64,000 nt of DNA, from the NCBI GenBank assembly GCA_938091905.1, contig CALKOM010000023.1, positions 32,001 to 96,000 on the forward strand, written 5' to 3'. The position numbers and the translations under genes were made by a program. The notes under the pieces are model-generated. The model was given only the letters and a program-made list of their open reading frames with translations, was not told where the DNA came from and did no database searches. This document shows positions 1-13,008 of this stretch, piece after piece (within the stretch, counting starts at the first letter, position 1; each line of letters begins with the position of its first letter). This stretch comes from an uncultured Verrucomicrobiales bacterium (lineage in GTDB: Bacteria; Verrucomicrobiota; Verrucomicrobiia; Verrucomicrobiales; DEV007).

Positions 1-458
1 CACGGCTGCATCTGAACATCTTGCGACCCCGCATTGGACGTGATCGTTAGGATAAACAGGCCGCGTCCTTCGTAGGCCAAGAATGGCTCGAGAGAATCAT
101 AGCCCAAGAATGGATTCAGTGTGACCGCTTCCACGTCGAGATGTTCGAAACACGCCTTGGCATAATATTTCTGCGTCTCGCCGATATCACTACGCTTGGC
201 GTCCAAGATGATCGGGATCTCACGAGGGCGATCAGCAAGCACGCGCTCAAGAATGGCCAATCCTTTGGATCCCAGGGCTTCGAAATAAGCCATGTTCGGC
301 TTAAAGGCCGCTGCATAAGGCGCGGTTTCCTCCATGACTTTACGAACAAAGCTTTCGATATCTCCACCCGCGATCAGATCGGGGCGAGGATCGAGCCCGA
401 CACAAAGGTTCGACTGAACTGCGGCAATTCGTTTGAGTTGGAGATCGGCGTAAGTCAT
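1..458 (-). CDS. pyrF: Orotidine-5'-phosphate decarboxylase (3' end runs off the window)
   Basis: Not in the ORF track. Manual translation from ATG 458: MTYADLQLKRIAAVQSNLCVGLDPRP...AAAFKPNMAYFEALG...IILDAKRSDIGETQKYYA...VTLNPFLGYDS. Has the CVGLDP, FKPN and DxKxxDI motifs and directly follows pyrC. Confidence 0.93.
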   Translation of the reverse strand, partial: MTYADLQLKRIAAVQSNLCVGLDPRPDLIAGGDIESFVRKVMEETAPYAAAFKPNMAYFEALGSKGLAILERVLADRPREIPIILDAKRSDIGETQKYYAKACFEHLDVEAVTLNPFLGYDSLEPFLAYEGRGLFILTITSNAGSQDVQMQP

Positions 459-461
459 AAA

Positions 462-1757
462 CTATTTTTGTAAGCGGTCTAACAAGACATTTTCACCAAG
501 GATGACCATTTCCACATGGCCTTGAACCGTCTGATCGAGGAAAGGCGTGTTGCGGCTCTTTGAGCGCATGAATTCTTTGGTGAACACAGTCTCACGCTCT
601 GGATTGAAGACCGTCAGATCCACCTTAGCCCCCTCTTTGAACTCCACAGGCTCCATGCGAAGCAGGCGTCTCGGCTCGGCCGAGTAACGTTTGACCAAGA
701 GGTCCCACCCAAACGTTCCCGTCCTTATGAAATTTTGATAAAGCGTCGGCAAGGCGGTTTCTAGCCCCGTGATCCCAAAGGGTGCGCTCCCGAAATCGAG
801 CTGCTTCTCAAAGTCCGTGTGGGGAGCATGATCGGTGGCAATGATATCAAAGATGCCACGCTTCAATCCATCCAACAAGATCGCGTTATCTTCAGCAAGG
901 CGCAACGGAGGGTTCATCTTGTAGTGGGTATCGTAATCTCCAATATGCGTTTCATTGAAAAAGAGGTGATGAGGTGAAACCTCACAGGTCACGTCCACAC
1001 CATCGTCCTTGAAGCGCTCGATAGTCCGCATCCCTTCTCCAGACGTTACGTGCTGGATGTGCACATGCGCTCCTGTCAGGTTAGCCAATCGAATATCACG
1101 GCTGATGCAGATCTCTTCGCTCGCCGCTGGAATACCCGGCACCCCAAGCCGGTAGGAAACTTCACCTTCGTTCATCGCGCCGACACCCGAGAGCTCTTTC
1201 ACTTCGCAGTGACTCGCGACAATGAGATCGAACTCGCGCGCATATTCCATTGCACGTCGTAACACTTGGTGATTGCCCACTGGATCACCATCATCAGTGA
1301 TCATGACGGCACCACGTGCATGCATGCCGCCAATATCAGCCAGCTCTTTCCCGACCCGACCTTTGGTAATACAGCCCGTGGTATAGACAGGAATGCGGGC
1401 CTCACGAGAGGCGATATCGAGCACCGATTGTACCATACCCGCACTATCAATCGCCGGCGTACAGTTCGGCATCGCCACAATGCCAGTCACACCGCCATTG
1501 ATGGCCGCCTCGGATCCCGTAGAAATGCTCTCTTTGTCTTCGCGACCAGGCTCGCGGAGATGCACATGGGCATCGAAGAGACCAGGCAAGATCACACGAC
1601 CAGCACAATCAACTTCAGCCACCCCATCCACGGCGGGCAATGCAGATCCTACCGCTGTGACATGGCCTTTCTCGATGAAGAGATCGGCCTCAACCAAGTC
1701 AGGCGTGTTCTCTTGAGCTAGCTGCCCGTTGCGAAGAATGTAAGCGTCGTTGCTCAT
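462..1757 (-). CDS. pyrC: Dihydroorotase
   Basis: DAHVHLREPG, KMNPPLR and ATDHAPH motifs; pyr operon context. Confidence 0.95.
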   Translation of the reverse strand: MSNDAYILRNGQLAQENTPDLVEADLFIEKGHVTAVGSALPAVDGVAEVDCAGRVILPGLFDAHVHLREPGREDKESISTGSEAAINGGVTGIVAMPNCTPAIDSAGMVQSVLDIASREARIPVYTTGCITKGRVGKELADIGGMHARGAVMITDDGDPVGNHQVLRRAMEYAREFDLIVASHCEVKELSGVGAMNEGEVSYRLGVPGIPAASEEICISRDIRLANLTGAHVHIQHVTSGEGMRTIERFKDDGVDVTCEVSPHHLFFNETHIGDYDTHYKMNPPLRLAEDNAILLDGLKRGIFDIIATDHAPHTDFEKQLDFGSAPFGITGLETALPTLYQNFIRTGTFGWDLLVKRYSAEPRRLLRMEPVEFKEGAKVDLTVFNPERETVFTKEFMRSKSRNTPFLDQTVQGHVEMVILGENVLLDRLQK

Positions 1758-1769
1758 GAAGAAGATTAG

Positions 1770-2693
1770 TCAGTTTGTTTCTGGTTGAAGCCAATAAAGA
1801 ACAGCCATGCGCACAGCGATGCCGTTCTCCACCTGCTGATTGATCAAGGTGCGTTCGTAGGTCATGACATCATCGCCAAGCTCGACTCCACGATTGACGG
1901 GGCCAGGATGAAGGACCCAGGTGCCCTCGCCTTCTACCTGTCGAAAGCGTTCCTCGGTAAGACCGTAGATCTTGTGATACTCATTGAGACTGGGAAAGAA
2001 CTGGTCATTCTGTCGCTCGAGCTGCACTCGCAGAAGGTAGATCGCATCCGGTTTCCACCCCAACGCCTCATCATAAGTGTAGAACTTCCGCATGAATTTC
2101 GGACGGGCCTGCGGAATAAGCGACCCAGGTCCAAGCACGCCAATTTCCATTCCGAGCTTCTCACAGATTTGTCCGACTGACCGCGCAACCCGCGAATGGA
2201 GGATATCTCCCACGATCAGGATCTTCTTTCCGGCGAGGTCTCCAAACGTTTCACGCAGCGTGAACGCATCAAGCAGGGCCTGCGTAGGATGGGCGTGAAA
2301 CCCGTCACCGGCATTAACCACGGAGGCCTTCGTGTGCTTCGAAATCATGTTCGGAACCCCAGCAGCCGCATGACGTACCACCACGTAGTCACATTTCATA
2401 GCCTGCAGGGTGTCAATCGTATCCAGGACCGACTCTCCTTTGACCACGGACGAACTGCCCACCGTAAAGTTGGTCACGTCTGCCGAGACGCGTTTGGCCG
2501 CAATTTCAAACGAGGAGCGAGTGCGGGTTGATGGTTCATAGAACAGTGTAAGAACAGTCTTGCCACGCAGTGGCGGGACTTTTTTAATAGACTTCGTAAA
2601 CAGCTCCTTGAAAGGCCCCGCGGTCTTCAAGACAAACTCAATCTCTTCCAAGGATAAGGAGGCGATATCGAGAAGATCTTTGCGTGGTTCCAT
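1770..2693 (-). CDS. pyrB: Aspartate carbamoyltransferase catalytic subunit
   Basis: FYEPSTRTRSSFE, HPTQALLD and HPGPVNRG motifs. Confidence 0.97.
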   Translation of the reverse strand: MEPRKDLLDIASLSLEEIEFVLKTAGPFKELFTKSIKKVPPLRGKTVLTLFYEPSTRTRSSFEIAAKRVSADVTNFTVGSSSVVKGESVLDTIDTLQAMKCDYVVVRHAAAGVPNMISKHTKASVVNAGDGFHAHPTQALLDAFTLRETFGDLAGKKILIVGDILHSRVARSVGQICEKLGMEIGVLGPGSLIPQARPKFMRKFYTYDEALGWKPDAIYLLRVQLERQNDQFFPSLNEYHKIYGLTEERFRQVEGEGTWVLHPGPVNRGVELGDDVMTYERTLINQQVENGIAVRMAVLYWLQPETN

Positions 2694-2701
2694 GGCACTA
2701 A

Positions 2702-3244
2702 TTACGGGTTCTTTGTCAGGTAGATGCCGTCCTCGTCGTCATGTTCTCGGAGACGGACGCGGACGTAGTCTTGTTTGGAGGTGGTCACATCAAGACCAAC
2801 ATAGTCAGGCGCAATCGGGAGTTCGCGGTTGCCTCGGTCAATGAGAACCGCAAGTTCGACCGATCTGGGACGTCCGTAGTCGGTCAGGGCATCGATCGCC
2901 GCCTTGATCGTGCGTCCGGTGAAGAGGACATCATCAAACAGGATGATATGAGCATCGTCGATGGAGAATGGGATGTCCGTGCTCTTCAGCGTTGGCATGT
3001 TCCCCATATCATCGAGGTCATCCCTGTAGAGAGAGATATCGAGCGTGCCATAGGGGATGTCCCCAAGGTCATCCTTGAGAAGCTCGCGCACCCTTTCCCC
3101 GACGATTACACCGCGGCTGTGAATCCCCACGAACTGGAGGCCCCCCTTGGGATGCTGCTCCAAGATTTGGAGGGCCAGGCGTCGCATCTTGTTTGCGATA
3201 TCACCAGCCTGCAGGAGCACCTGAGAATCGGGCTCAGAACCCAT
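2702..3244 (-). CDS. pyrR: Bifunctional pyr regulator / uracil phosphoribosyltransferase
   Basis: LDISLYRDDL, DDVLFTGRTI and LIDRGNRELPIAPDYVG motifs. Start reassigned to ATG 3244 (MGSEPDS). Confidence 0.93.
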   Translation of the reverse strand: MGSEPDSQVLLQAGDIANKMRRLALQILEQHPKGGLQFVGIHSRGVIVGERVRELLKDDLGDIPYGTLDISLYRDDLDDMGNMPTLKSTDIPFSIDDAHIILFDDVLFTGRTIKAAIDALTDYGRPRSVELAVLIDRGNRELPIAPDYVGLDVTTSKQDYVRVRLREHDDEDGIYLTKNP

Positions 3245-3457
3245 GAAATCGAGGGGGCTCGCTGTTCGTCTTGTCCGACATTGACGAGAGATAGCCACGA
3301 AGTCGCCTCTGTCGAGCAGGAATTCGCCAAAGTCTCGATTCACCTCGTCACCACGAAACAGTGATCATGGCTTTTCTCAAATGTATGCAATCTAACAAAC
3401 AAGTTAAGTGTCATTATCAGACTCATTGACTCGGCTCTCCTCTCTGGGAATGCTCTC

Positions 3458-4236
3458 ATGTTGAAGACCATCAAACAGCACCCAGACACAATGACCGCGC
3501 ACATCGCACGCGCCATTCTTGAGAGTGAGGGCATCAACAGCTTTATCGCCGACGAGAATCTGGCCAACGGCCGACCCACCGGTAACCTTTGCCAACGGAG
3601 GCATTTACCTGATGGTCAGTAATGACGATCACGAGCGCACCCATGAGATTCTCAACCGCGCCACAAAGGGATCCGCCCTACCCGATGATTTCGTCCCCGG
3701 TCCTCCGATCCAGGAAGATAATATACCACCCTCACAGCCATCCAGTAGCTCGACGCTTGGCAAGTTGATCTCAGCTTGCCTCTTTATGGTTTTGGGTGCC
3801 GTGCTCTACCATTTCTAGCAGAGATCTCAGCTCCCGCTGCTGACAGAAACCATCAAAGTCGAGGAAGACATGGACGAAGACGGCAAGATAGATCGAGAAA
3901 TAAGCTGGTTAAAAAACAGGCCTGTTTACAAAGCACTAGATCTAAATAGAGACGGCAATCTCGATACTACGATCGATAATCATGAGCGCGGCAAAGCCAC
4001 CCAGACGACTGATTTTGACCTTGATGGTGAAGTTGACCTCATCGCCTTTTACGAAGGCGTACGCTACATGCGTCAGGATTGACTTGCGAGTGGACGCGTC
4101 TCCGAACGTGTCTGCTTTGATGGAATCCGTAGACTACGCGAAGAGTTGGCTTTCGATGGCGACGGCAATTTCTACTTCATCCGAAAAAACGACCCGAAAG
4201 GCGAACGGATACCCTAGCGGAATTCAAAGTTTTTGA
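3458..4236 (+). pseudogene. Decayed DUF2007-like signal-transducing membrane protein with DxDxDG repeats
   Basis: MLKTIKQHPDTMTAHIARAILESEGINSFIADEN (DUF2007-like) shifts frame near 3565-3585 into ...GGIYLMVSNDDHERTHEIL...TM helix. In-frame TAG at 3816-3818 reads straight on into DMDEDGKID/DLNRDG/DFDLDG; further stop at 4080. Confidence 0.65.
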
Positions 4237-4850
4237 ATCTTGATATTCCGGAATTTCACCCATCCCGCATGCCCCTCCGCACCGTAGGTCTGAAAGGCAA
4301 GCGTCCCGTCCTGGAGCAGTTCGAGGGTTGGCTTGGGATCGGTGTAGTCCACGATCTTCTCTCCATTCAGCCAGGCCTCAATATGCGGCCCGCGGGCTCT
4401 AATACGAAGAGCGTTCCACTCTCTCGGCTTCCGGATCTTGTCCTCCGCATCGCCTTTGTCTAACCAATCATTGAGGTAGAGGCCGACCGGCTCATCTGCA
4501 GCACCTCGCCCCAGATTGATCTGGTAGCCCGTCCTTCTCCTCTCTCCAGGGGTGTTTCGCAAATAGACGCCACTGTTATACTTCCCGTGCTCATCGATCA
4601 TGAACTCGAGATGAAGATCGAAGTCTTTAAACGTGTCTTTGGTGTGAATAAGACCACTCCGCTTGGGATCTCCATCTTGACCGCCGACAAGAACGCCATC
4701 CTCGGCACGCCACTCGGCCGAGCCTACAGAAGTCCAACCTTCCAAGGTCGTGCCATCAAATAAGGACTCAACCTTCGTCTCTCCTGCGACAAGCATTTTA
4801 GCAGCAGCGACCAAGGTGGTTAGAAAAATCAAGCAGCAGGGAATATTCAT
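4224..4850 (-). CDS. Secreted DUF1080 (3-keto-disaccharide hydrolase-like) protein
   Basis: Signal peptide, SLFDGTTLEGW, NSGVYLR, WNALRI and FRNIKIQKL motifs. Confidence 0.88.
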   Translation of the reverse strand: MNIPCCLIFLTTLVAAAKMLVAGETKVESLFDGTTLEGWTSVGSAEWRAEDGVLVGGQDGDPKRSGLIHTKDTFKDFDLHLEFMIDEHGKYNSGVYLRNTPGERRRTGYQINLGRGAADEPVGLYLNDWLDKGDAEDKIRKPREWNALRIRARGPHIEAWLNGEKIVDYTDPKPTLELLQDGTLAFQTYGAEGHAGWVKFRNIKIQKL

Positions 4851-5162
4851 GGAAAAGCCAAGCTAGCGAATCAAAGCATCGCTGCCAAGTCCCGAGCTAC
4901 CACCTAATACGCTAACGCCCATTCTTTCCGCAAGGTTCACCCTTAGGAAAAGAACCTCTCTTCTCGAGCTCAGCTGCCCCATCCCATTCTTAGTCCCCCA
5001 GGTGGATACCTCAGGCGTTATATTCACAAACCTCTAACGCCACAAGTATGGACTGGTATAGGCCTGACAAGCCCATAGCTTTATGGTCATAGAAAACTTG
5101 TCGGCTCAGGCCATCATTGATAAGCTCGACCTTGGAAATCATCGCCTTTTGTCGTTCCACGC

Positions 5163-5522
5163 ATGGCGTTCATCGCCGAGATCTTCTTCCAGTTCCTTTT
5201 TGAAGGGCTGGCAAACTTAGGCTTCCACAAACTTTCGGGAAAGAGGAGGCCTCATCCGTTCGTCTCAGCGATTGGCTATGCCCTCCTAGGGGTAGCGTTT
5301 GGCGCCATTAGCCTATCACTACTCGATAAACCGTTCCTCAATGAACAAGCCTGGCGTATCGCCAACGTGGTCATCACACCAGTCATCCTGGGCTTCGCGA
5401 TGGCCCACATGGAGAAACATCGAACCAAGAAGAGAAAGAAGACGGTCCGTCTGGAGACATTCTTCAACGCCTACCTCTTTGCCCTTGGCTTCGCACTGAT
5501 CCGATTCTTCTTTGCGAAGTGA
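5163..5522 (+). CDS. Small integral membrane hypothetical protein
   Basis: 119-aa ORF with about three hydrophobic segments separated by basic linkers. Confidence 0.65.
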   Translation: MAFIAEIFFQFLFEGLANLGFHKLSGKRRPHPFVSAIGYALLGVAFGAISLSLLDKPFLNEQAWRIANVVITPVILGFAMAHMEKHRTKKRKKTVRLETFFNAYLFALGFALIRFFFAK

Positions 5523-5668
5523 TCGAGCATCAGCCACGGAATTATCGCAGTGGGCCCTCACCACAATCCGGAACCACCACTCTTGCGCTTCAGCACTGAA
5601 CGCTTAGGAAACGTGGCGTTGAAAAGAAAACCTCTCGCAGCTGATTTCTTCGAAGGATAGAGTAAGGG

Positions 5669-7177
5669 ATGAATCGGAGAGTCTGCCTCGTCACCGTTGT
5701 GGTAGCCTTGGTTCTACCAATCGGCGTGGGGCTTTTCCTACAGGGAGGTCCTCTTGTGAGTAGGCCGGATACCATTCGGCAGACTTACTATGATACACCG
5801 CCGTTCAACGATTGGGAGGCTACGTTTTACCCAACTGCGGGGAAACCATGGGTGGGAAGGGTGATCAAGCCGTCCGATTTGAAAATCGATTCAACAGATC
5901 GTCACGTGAGAGTCACCGCATTGTCAGCATTATTCGTCACCAACTATGCCTATGCGACTTTCGAGGACTCCTGGAAACCTAGGCCGCCAGTAGTGATTCA
6001 TGCTTTCAAGGGAACGCAGCAGGTGACTCTACCAGGTGGTGAAACTCTTGGGATCGACGAGGTGTTCACAGCCTACCCAACAGGTCCAGGCGCGACTGAA
6101 TGGGTGAGCGACTCCTTCGATCCCCTGACATTGAAGCCCTTCCAACCGATGCCTGGCAAAGAAAGCCCAGCGATCAAGCCAGACCGAGGAGGATGTCACT
6201 TCTTCCCTCAGCAGGAATACCCAGAAATGGCGTTCGCTGTAAGCGGAGATCTCACACATGAACTGGCCTTCAGGCTGTTCGACACCAAAACACACCATCC
6301 GATGAAAGAACTGATGGGCGCAGGTGGAAATCTATTCACGATGCCACTGCAACAATGGCACTCATCAACGTTCCGCTGTGTGATTGATCTTGTGACTGGT
6401 CCGGCCGAAGAAAGAAAGTGTATCTTTCGGATGGGCGCTTCAGCTTCCTTTCCAGAATTTGATCTTGAGGTGATCTTAATTGAGAAACTGGAACATCCTA
6501 TCGTTGATCAACAATGGCTAGAAATTAACAGGCAAACGATCATTCCTGTTTTCTCACGCTCTGCATCTGTCGTCTCTAGCCCTCCTCAAAGCCCGCACCA
6601 GAGGTGTTACACATGGACTCTAGATCCTGCAGAAACAATTGAGGAATCTTTGGTAGCACTTTCTCTTTCTAACATTCAGTGGCTACCACCCTCAATCGAG
6701 TTGGAAGCGCTGACCAAGAGCGGCACTCTGATAAAGGAAACAGTATGGTGCGACGGGAATCTTGTGTTTGCTAGTCTGCCTGCGCCTCCCGAGGAGCTGC
6801 GGTCTCTGCGGGTTCGATATCCGTCGACGTGGGTTCGAGTGGTCTTCGAGTTCGATCACATTCCTGGTCTGCCAAAGGACAACTATGGTCTGAGCAATCT
6901 ATTCGACGCCTACATTCCTTACTCCAAGAGCAACTATCGCCCAGAAAGATTCATTTCCAATTGTACCAAGTTGAAGCTCCGGAATCTGCATAAAACAATA
7001 GCTGGGCCAACGTCATTCGAGTATGAGAACACCACCGTCCATGAGATCACTCAAACCTACCAAGCCGAGGCAGGAATCTTTGGAATGAAAGTTGCCTATG
7101 GTCAACGACTTGAAGGCATCCCAAGCCCCAAAAGATGGCTGAAGGGCATCTGGAGCATCTTGCGAAAAAAGTTCTAA
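5669..7177 (+). CDS. Hypothetical protein with N-terminal membrane anchor
   Basis: 502-aa ORF with an N-terminal hydrophobic helix; no family recognised. Confidence 0.6.
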   Translation: MNRRVCLVTVVVALVLPIGVGLFLQGGPLVSRPDTIRQTYYDTPPFNDWEATFYPTAGKPWVGRVIKPSDLKIDSTDRHVRVTALSALFVTNYAYATFEDSWKPRPPVVIHAFKGTQQVTLPGGETLGIDEVFTAYPTGPGATEWVSDSFDPLTLKPFQPMPGKESPAIKPDRGGCHFFPQQEYPEMAFAVSGDLTHELAFRLFDTKTHHPMKELMGAGGNLFTMPLQQWHSSTFRCVIDLVTGPAEERKCIFRMGASASFPEFDLEVILIEKLEHPIVDQQWLEINRQTIIPVFSRSASVVSSPPQSPHQRCYTWTLDPAETIEESLVALSLSNIQWLPPSIELEALTKSGTLIKETVWCDGNLVFASLPAPPEELRSLRVRYPSTWVRVVFEFDHIPGLPKDNYGLSNLFDAYIPYSKSNYRPERFISNCTKLKLRNLHKTIAGPTSFEYENTTVHEITQTYQAEAGIFGMKVAYGQRLEGIPSPKRWLKGIWSILRKKF

Positions 7178-7261
7178 CCCGGACGTTTCGCAAGCCTCAG
7201 CGAACGTGATCAAAGATCCTACCAAATAGGAACATTTGCGAGCCCCACTACGAACATTTCT

Positions 7262-7666
7262 CTACCCCTTGCGCTTCTTCTTCAGGTTCAGCTGAGCCAT
7301 CATCTTGTAGATGGCGGCCTGGGTCGCGGCGTAGTCTTCGTCGTCGAGCTTCTCACTGAGTGACTTCTCGGCACGCTCTAAAGCTTCTTGGACGGCTGTT
7401 TCGTCGATCTCGTCATCGCTCATGGCCATGTCCGTGAGGACTGAGACTTTGGTCGCGGTGACTTCGACAAAGCCTTGGCCGATGGCCAGTTCTTCGTCTT
7501 TGTTTCCCTTGGTGTAACGCAGCTCACCGGGAGCGAGTGTCGTTACGAGGGGGGCGTGCTGTGGCAACACGCCCATTTCCCCTTCGATGCCAGGCACGAC
7601 CACAACATCTACTTCGTCGGAGAAGATTTTTCTCTCCGGCGTGACGATATCAAGTTGGATAGCCAT
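7262..7666 (-). CDS. atpC: F1 ATP synthase epsilon subunit
   Basis: LDIVTPE...GEMGVLPQHAPL; last gene of the atp operon. Confidence 0.96.
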   Translation of the reverse strand: MAIQLDIVTPERKIFSDEVDVVVVPGIEGEMGVLPQHAPLVTTLAPGELRYTKGNKDEELAIGQGFVEVTATKVSVLTDMAMSDDEIDETAVQEALERAEKSLSEKLDDEDYAATQAAIYKMMAQLNLKKKRKG

Positions 7667-7699
7667 CGGTTAGGGAAACGTAAATTTCAGTTAGTCGAA

Positions 7700-9154
<1,455 letters not shown>

Positions 9155-10042
9155 CTATTCGAGTGCCAAGCTGGCGGTGGTAATTTCGAGCAATTCGTTC
9201 GTAATAGCCGCTTGGCGCAGCTTGTTGTATTCAAGCGAAAGATCTTTGATGAGCTGCTCGGCATTGTCCGTAGCACTCTTCATCGCCACCATGCGGGCGC
9301 TGTGCTCAGAAGCGCGAGACTCAAGCACCATCTGGTAAATTTGGTAGTCTACGTATTGCGGGACAATACTATCTAAGACGGCACTGGCATTTGGCTCAAA
9401 CTCGTAGCCTGTGTCGGGCACATCCCCGGCATCCGCTTCGCTTTCAATGCCGACACCTTCGTAGTCTTTCGGCTTACCCAACGTCACGGGCGAGACCGGG
9501 AGCAAGGTCTCGACGCAAGGCACCTGGCTCAGCGTGTTGACGAAGTTGGTGAACGCCACAGTCACCTTAGCAAAATCACCTTCGAGGAACTTCTCTCTAA
9601 CGAAATGCGAGACCGTTTTCACCTGCCCGAAATCGACAGGATCAGTGACATGAAAGTCTGCCAGGAGATCCCCCTTCATCCGAGCCACCGCTTGGCGCCC
9701 CTTAGAACCCACCGTCACGTAAGACGCGTTGGGATGCTCTTTGAACACCGCCTTGAGGAGGTTCGTATTTAAGCCACCGCAAAGCCCCTTGTCGGTTGAG
9801 ACCAGGATAACGAGCTCTTTCCCCTCGCCTCGCTCTTCAAGCAGCGCATGACTATCGTCGTCAGCTTGCTCTTGCAGGTTCACCAGAACCTTGTTCATGA
9901 GCTCCGCATAGTGACGCCCTGACAACGCTTGATCCTGCGCCTTCTTCATCTTAGAAGCCGCCACCAATTGCATGGCTTTGGTGATCTGAGCGGTGCTTTT
10001 AACCGACTTGATGCGTCGGCGGATGTCGCGGGTAGTGGCCAT
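9155..10042 (-). CDS. atpG: F1 ATP synthase gamma subunit
   Basis: ITKAMQLVAASK, DKGLCGGLN and RQAAITNEL motifs. Confidence 0.98.
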   Translation of the reverse strand: MATTRDIRRRIKSVKSTAQITKAMQLVAASKMKKAQDQALSGRHYAELMNKVLVNLQEQADDDSHALLEERGEGKELVILVSTDKGLCGGLNTNLLKAVFKEHPNASYVTVGSKGRQAVARMKGDLLADFHVTDPVDFGQVKTVSHFVREKFLEGDFAKVTVAFTNFVNTLSQVPCVETLLPVSPVTLGKPKDYEGVGIESEADAGDVPDTGYEFEPNASAVLDSIVPQYVDYQIYQMVLESRASEHSARMVAMKSATDNAEQLIKDLSLEYNKLRQAAITNELLEITTASLALE

Positions 10043-10071
10043 TGGAAAGTCGTTAGGCTAGGGAAGCTACG

Positions 10072-11604
<1,533 letters not shown>

Positions 11605-11640
11605 TTCCGGTTGTGTTCAGTTGTTCTAACTAAAGTGTAA

Positions 11641-12036
11641 TTATGAAAAGGCTTGGCTGAGCTGGTCGAGACGCGTCTTCACGCTCCCGTCCCAAATATC
11701 ACTACCAACACGCACACGCATCCCGCCTAACAAGTCAGGCACGACTTTAAACTCGCTCGTCACGTCATCGCCGTAACGGGCTTTCAAATCTTTCAACACA
11801 CCGTCTTTTAAATCATCCGAAAGCTTCTCAGCGCTCTCGACGATAGCGTGTCGTTTCTCGAGATCCAAACGGATCAAACGCTGGAAAGCAGTGAGGATGC
11901 CGAGGTAACCCCGAGGCTTCTCTTCGCCAACGCGCTTCACGATCATCTTCACACGATCGATATCCAGCTTACCCTCGCTCGCGCAGGACTGAAACAGTGC
12001 CCGAGCGTGGCGTAGCGCGTCTTTTGAAACTTTCAT
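11641..12036 (-). CDS. atpH: F1 ATP synthase delta subunit (short form)
   Basis: LLGGMRVRVGSDIWDGSV C-terminal motif; lies between atpF and atpA. Confidence 0.9.
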   Translation of the reverse strand: MKVSKDALRHARALFQSCASEGKLDIDRVKMIVKRVGEEKPRGYLGILTAFQRLIRLDLEKRHAIVESAEKLSDDLKDGVLKDLKARYGDDVTSEFKVVPDLLGGMRVRVGSDIWDGSVKTRLDQLSQAFS

Positions 12037-12063
12037 GGAAACGTAATAAAGCGAACAGAGACC

Positions 12064-12564
12064 TTAATTGGCCAATTGGGTCGCAGTCTCCTTGTTGATC
12101 TTGTCCTGGTCCTCGCTGTTGAGAACCTTGCCAGTCACCTTGCCCGTGGCACTGATGACGAGCTTTCCGAAATCCTTCTTCAAGCCCGCTAGCTGTTGCT
12201 CACGCTCAAGCTTCGTCGCCTCACGAGCCTTCGCGACGATGTCCTGAGCTTCTTGTGACGCTTTCGCGCGCTCTTTGTCGCCAAGCGCTGATGCGCTCTC
12301 TTTCGCCTCGGCAATCAAACGAGCAGCCGTCTCATTGGCCTCGTCAATCTTGGCAGCTGCAGCGGCCTCGGTATCCGCAAGCTGCGCCTTCACCTTCTCA
12401 CGATCAGCCTCGGTGTCTTCAATGCGCTTCCGACGCTCTTCCAGAATCTCTTGGATAGGCCCGAAGGCGAATTTCTTCAGGATAGCATAAACGATCAGGA
12501 AGATGAGAATCTGAGCGATGAAATTCGTCCAGTAGATACCTAGATCAGAAAGAATCTTACCCAT
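12064..12564 (-). CDS. atpF: F0 ATP synthase b subunit
   Basis: N-terminal TM helix, GPIQEILEERRKRI, long coiled coil. Confidence 0.93.
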   Translation of the reverse strand: MGKILSDLGIYWTNFIAQILIFLIVYAILKKFAFGPIQEILEERRKRIEDTEADREKVKAQLADTEAAAAAKIDEANETAARLIAEAKESASALGDKERAKASQEAQDIVAKAREATKLEREQQLAGLKKDFGKLVISATGKVTGKVLNSEDQDKINKETATQLAN

Positions 12565-12609
12565 TGAGCCAGAAGCGCTTGAAGTTAAAGAGAGGGAGAG
12601 AGGAGAAGC

Positions 12610-12643
12610 GGTCGTTGGCGGAGGTTATTCTCCGCCAACGACC
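12610..12643 (-). terminator. 14-bp stem-loop between atpE and atpF (mRNA stabiliser or partial terminator)
   Basis: GGTCGTTGGCGGAG-gttatt-CTCCGCCAACGACC perfect inverted repeat 14 nt after the atpE stop, followed on the minus strand by a pyrimidine-rich tract. Confidence 0.7.
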
Positions 12644-12657
12644 AAGGATTGTTCAGC

Positions 12658-12918
12658 CTAGTTGCCTTGGAGGGCCATGATCAGACCATAAATAGCGACA
12701 GCCTCAGCCAGTGCCATTCCGATAATTCCGATGGTCAAGATCTTACCAAAGGCACCAGGGTTACGGCCAACGGCCTGCGTGGCACCCAGTCCAACTAGTC
12801 CCACACCGACACCGGCGCCGAGACCTGCAAGACCCAAGGAAAGTGAACCACCGAGACCACCGGCAGCAGCTGCTGCTTCGGCCACGATTGGCGTGATGCT
12901 TGAGAGTAAGTTTGTCAT
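12658..12918 (-). CDS. atpE: F0 ATP synthase c subunit (probably H+-coupled)
   Basis: GxGxGxG helix, GRNP loop and ALAEAVAIY. Lacks the Q...ES/T Na+ signature. Confidence 0.95.
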   Translation of the reverse strand: MTNLLSSITPIVAEAAAAAGGLGGSLSLGLAGLGAGVGVGLVGLGATQAVGRNPGAFGKILTIGIIGMALAEAVAIYGLIMALQGN

Positions 12919-13008
12919 GTTCGTGTTAAGTTATTCTAACGTTATTCTTGCTTGTTCTATTGATTCTGACACCCACTGACTTCGCATGGTCACGCCAGAA
13001 AAATGTTT

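Noticed and set aside
3439..3447. CCAGAGAGG on the minus strand about 195 nt upstream of pyrR, resembling the PyrR-binding loop core
   Set aside because: The flanks do not fit ARUCCNGNGAGGYU, and no terminator/antiterminator was seen. It abuts the start of the divergent gene and is probably chance.
5080..5112. Imperfect inverted repeat (GGCCTGACAAG at about 5061 pairing with CTTGTCGGCTCAGGCC) in the 4850-5163 spacer
   Set aside because: Interrupted pairing, single copy, no recognised RNA or MITE features.
12658..12918. Na+-translocating or N-type ATPase
   Set aside because: The c subunit lacks the Na+ ligand signature, and the gene order is the standard atpBEFHAGDC.
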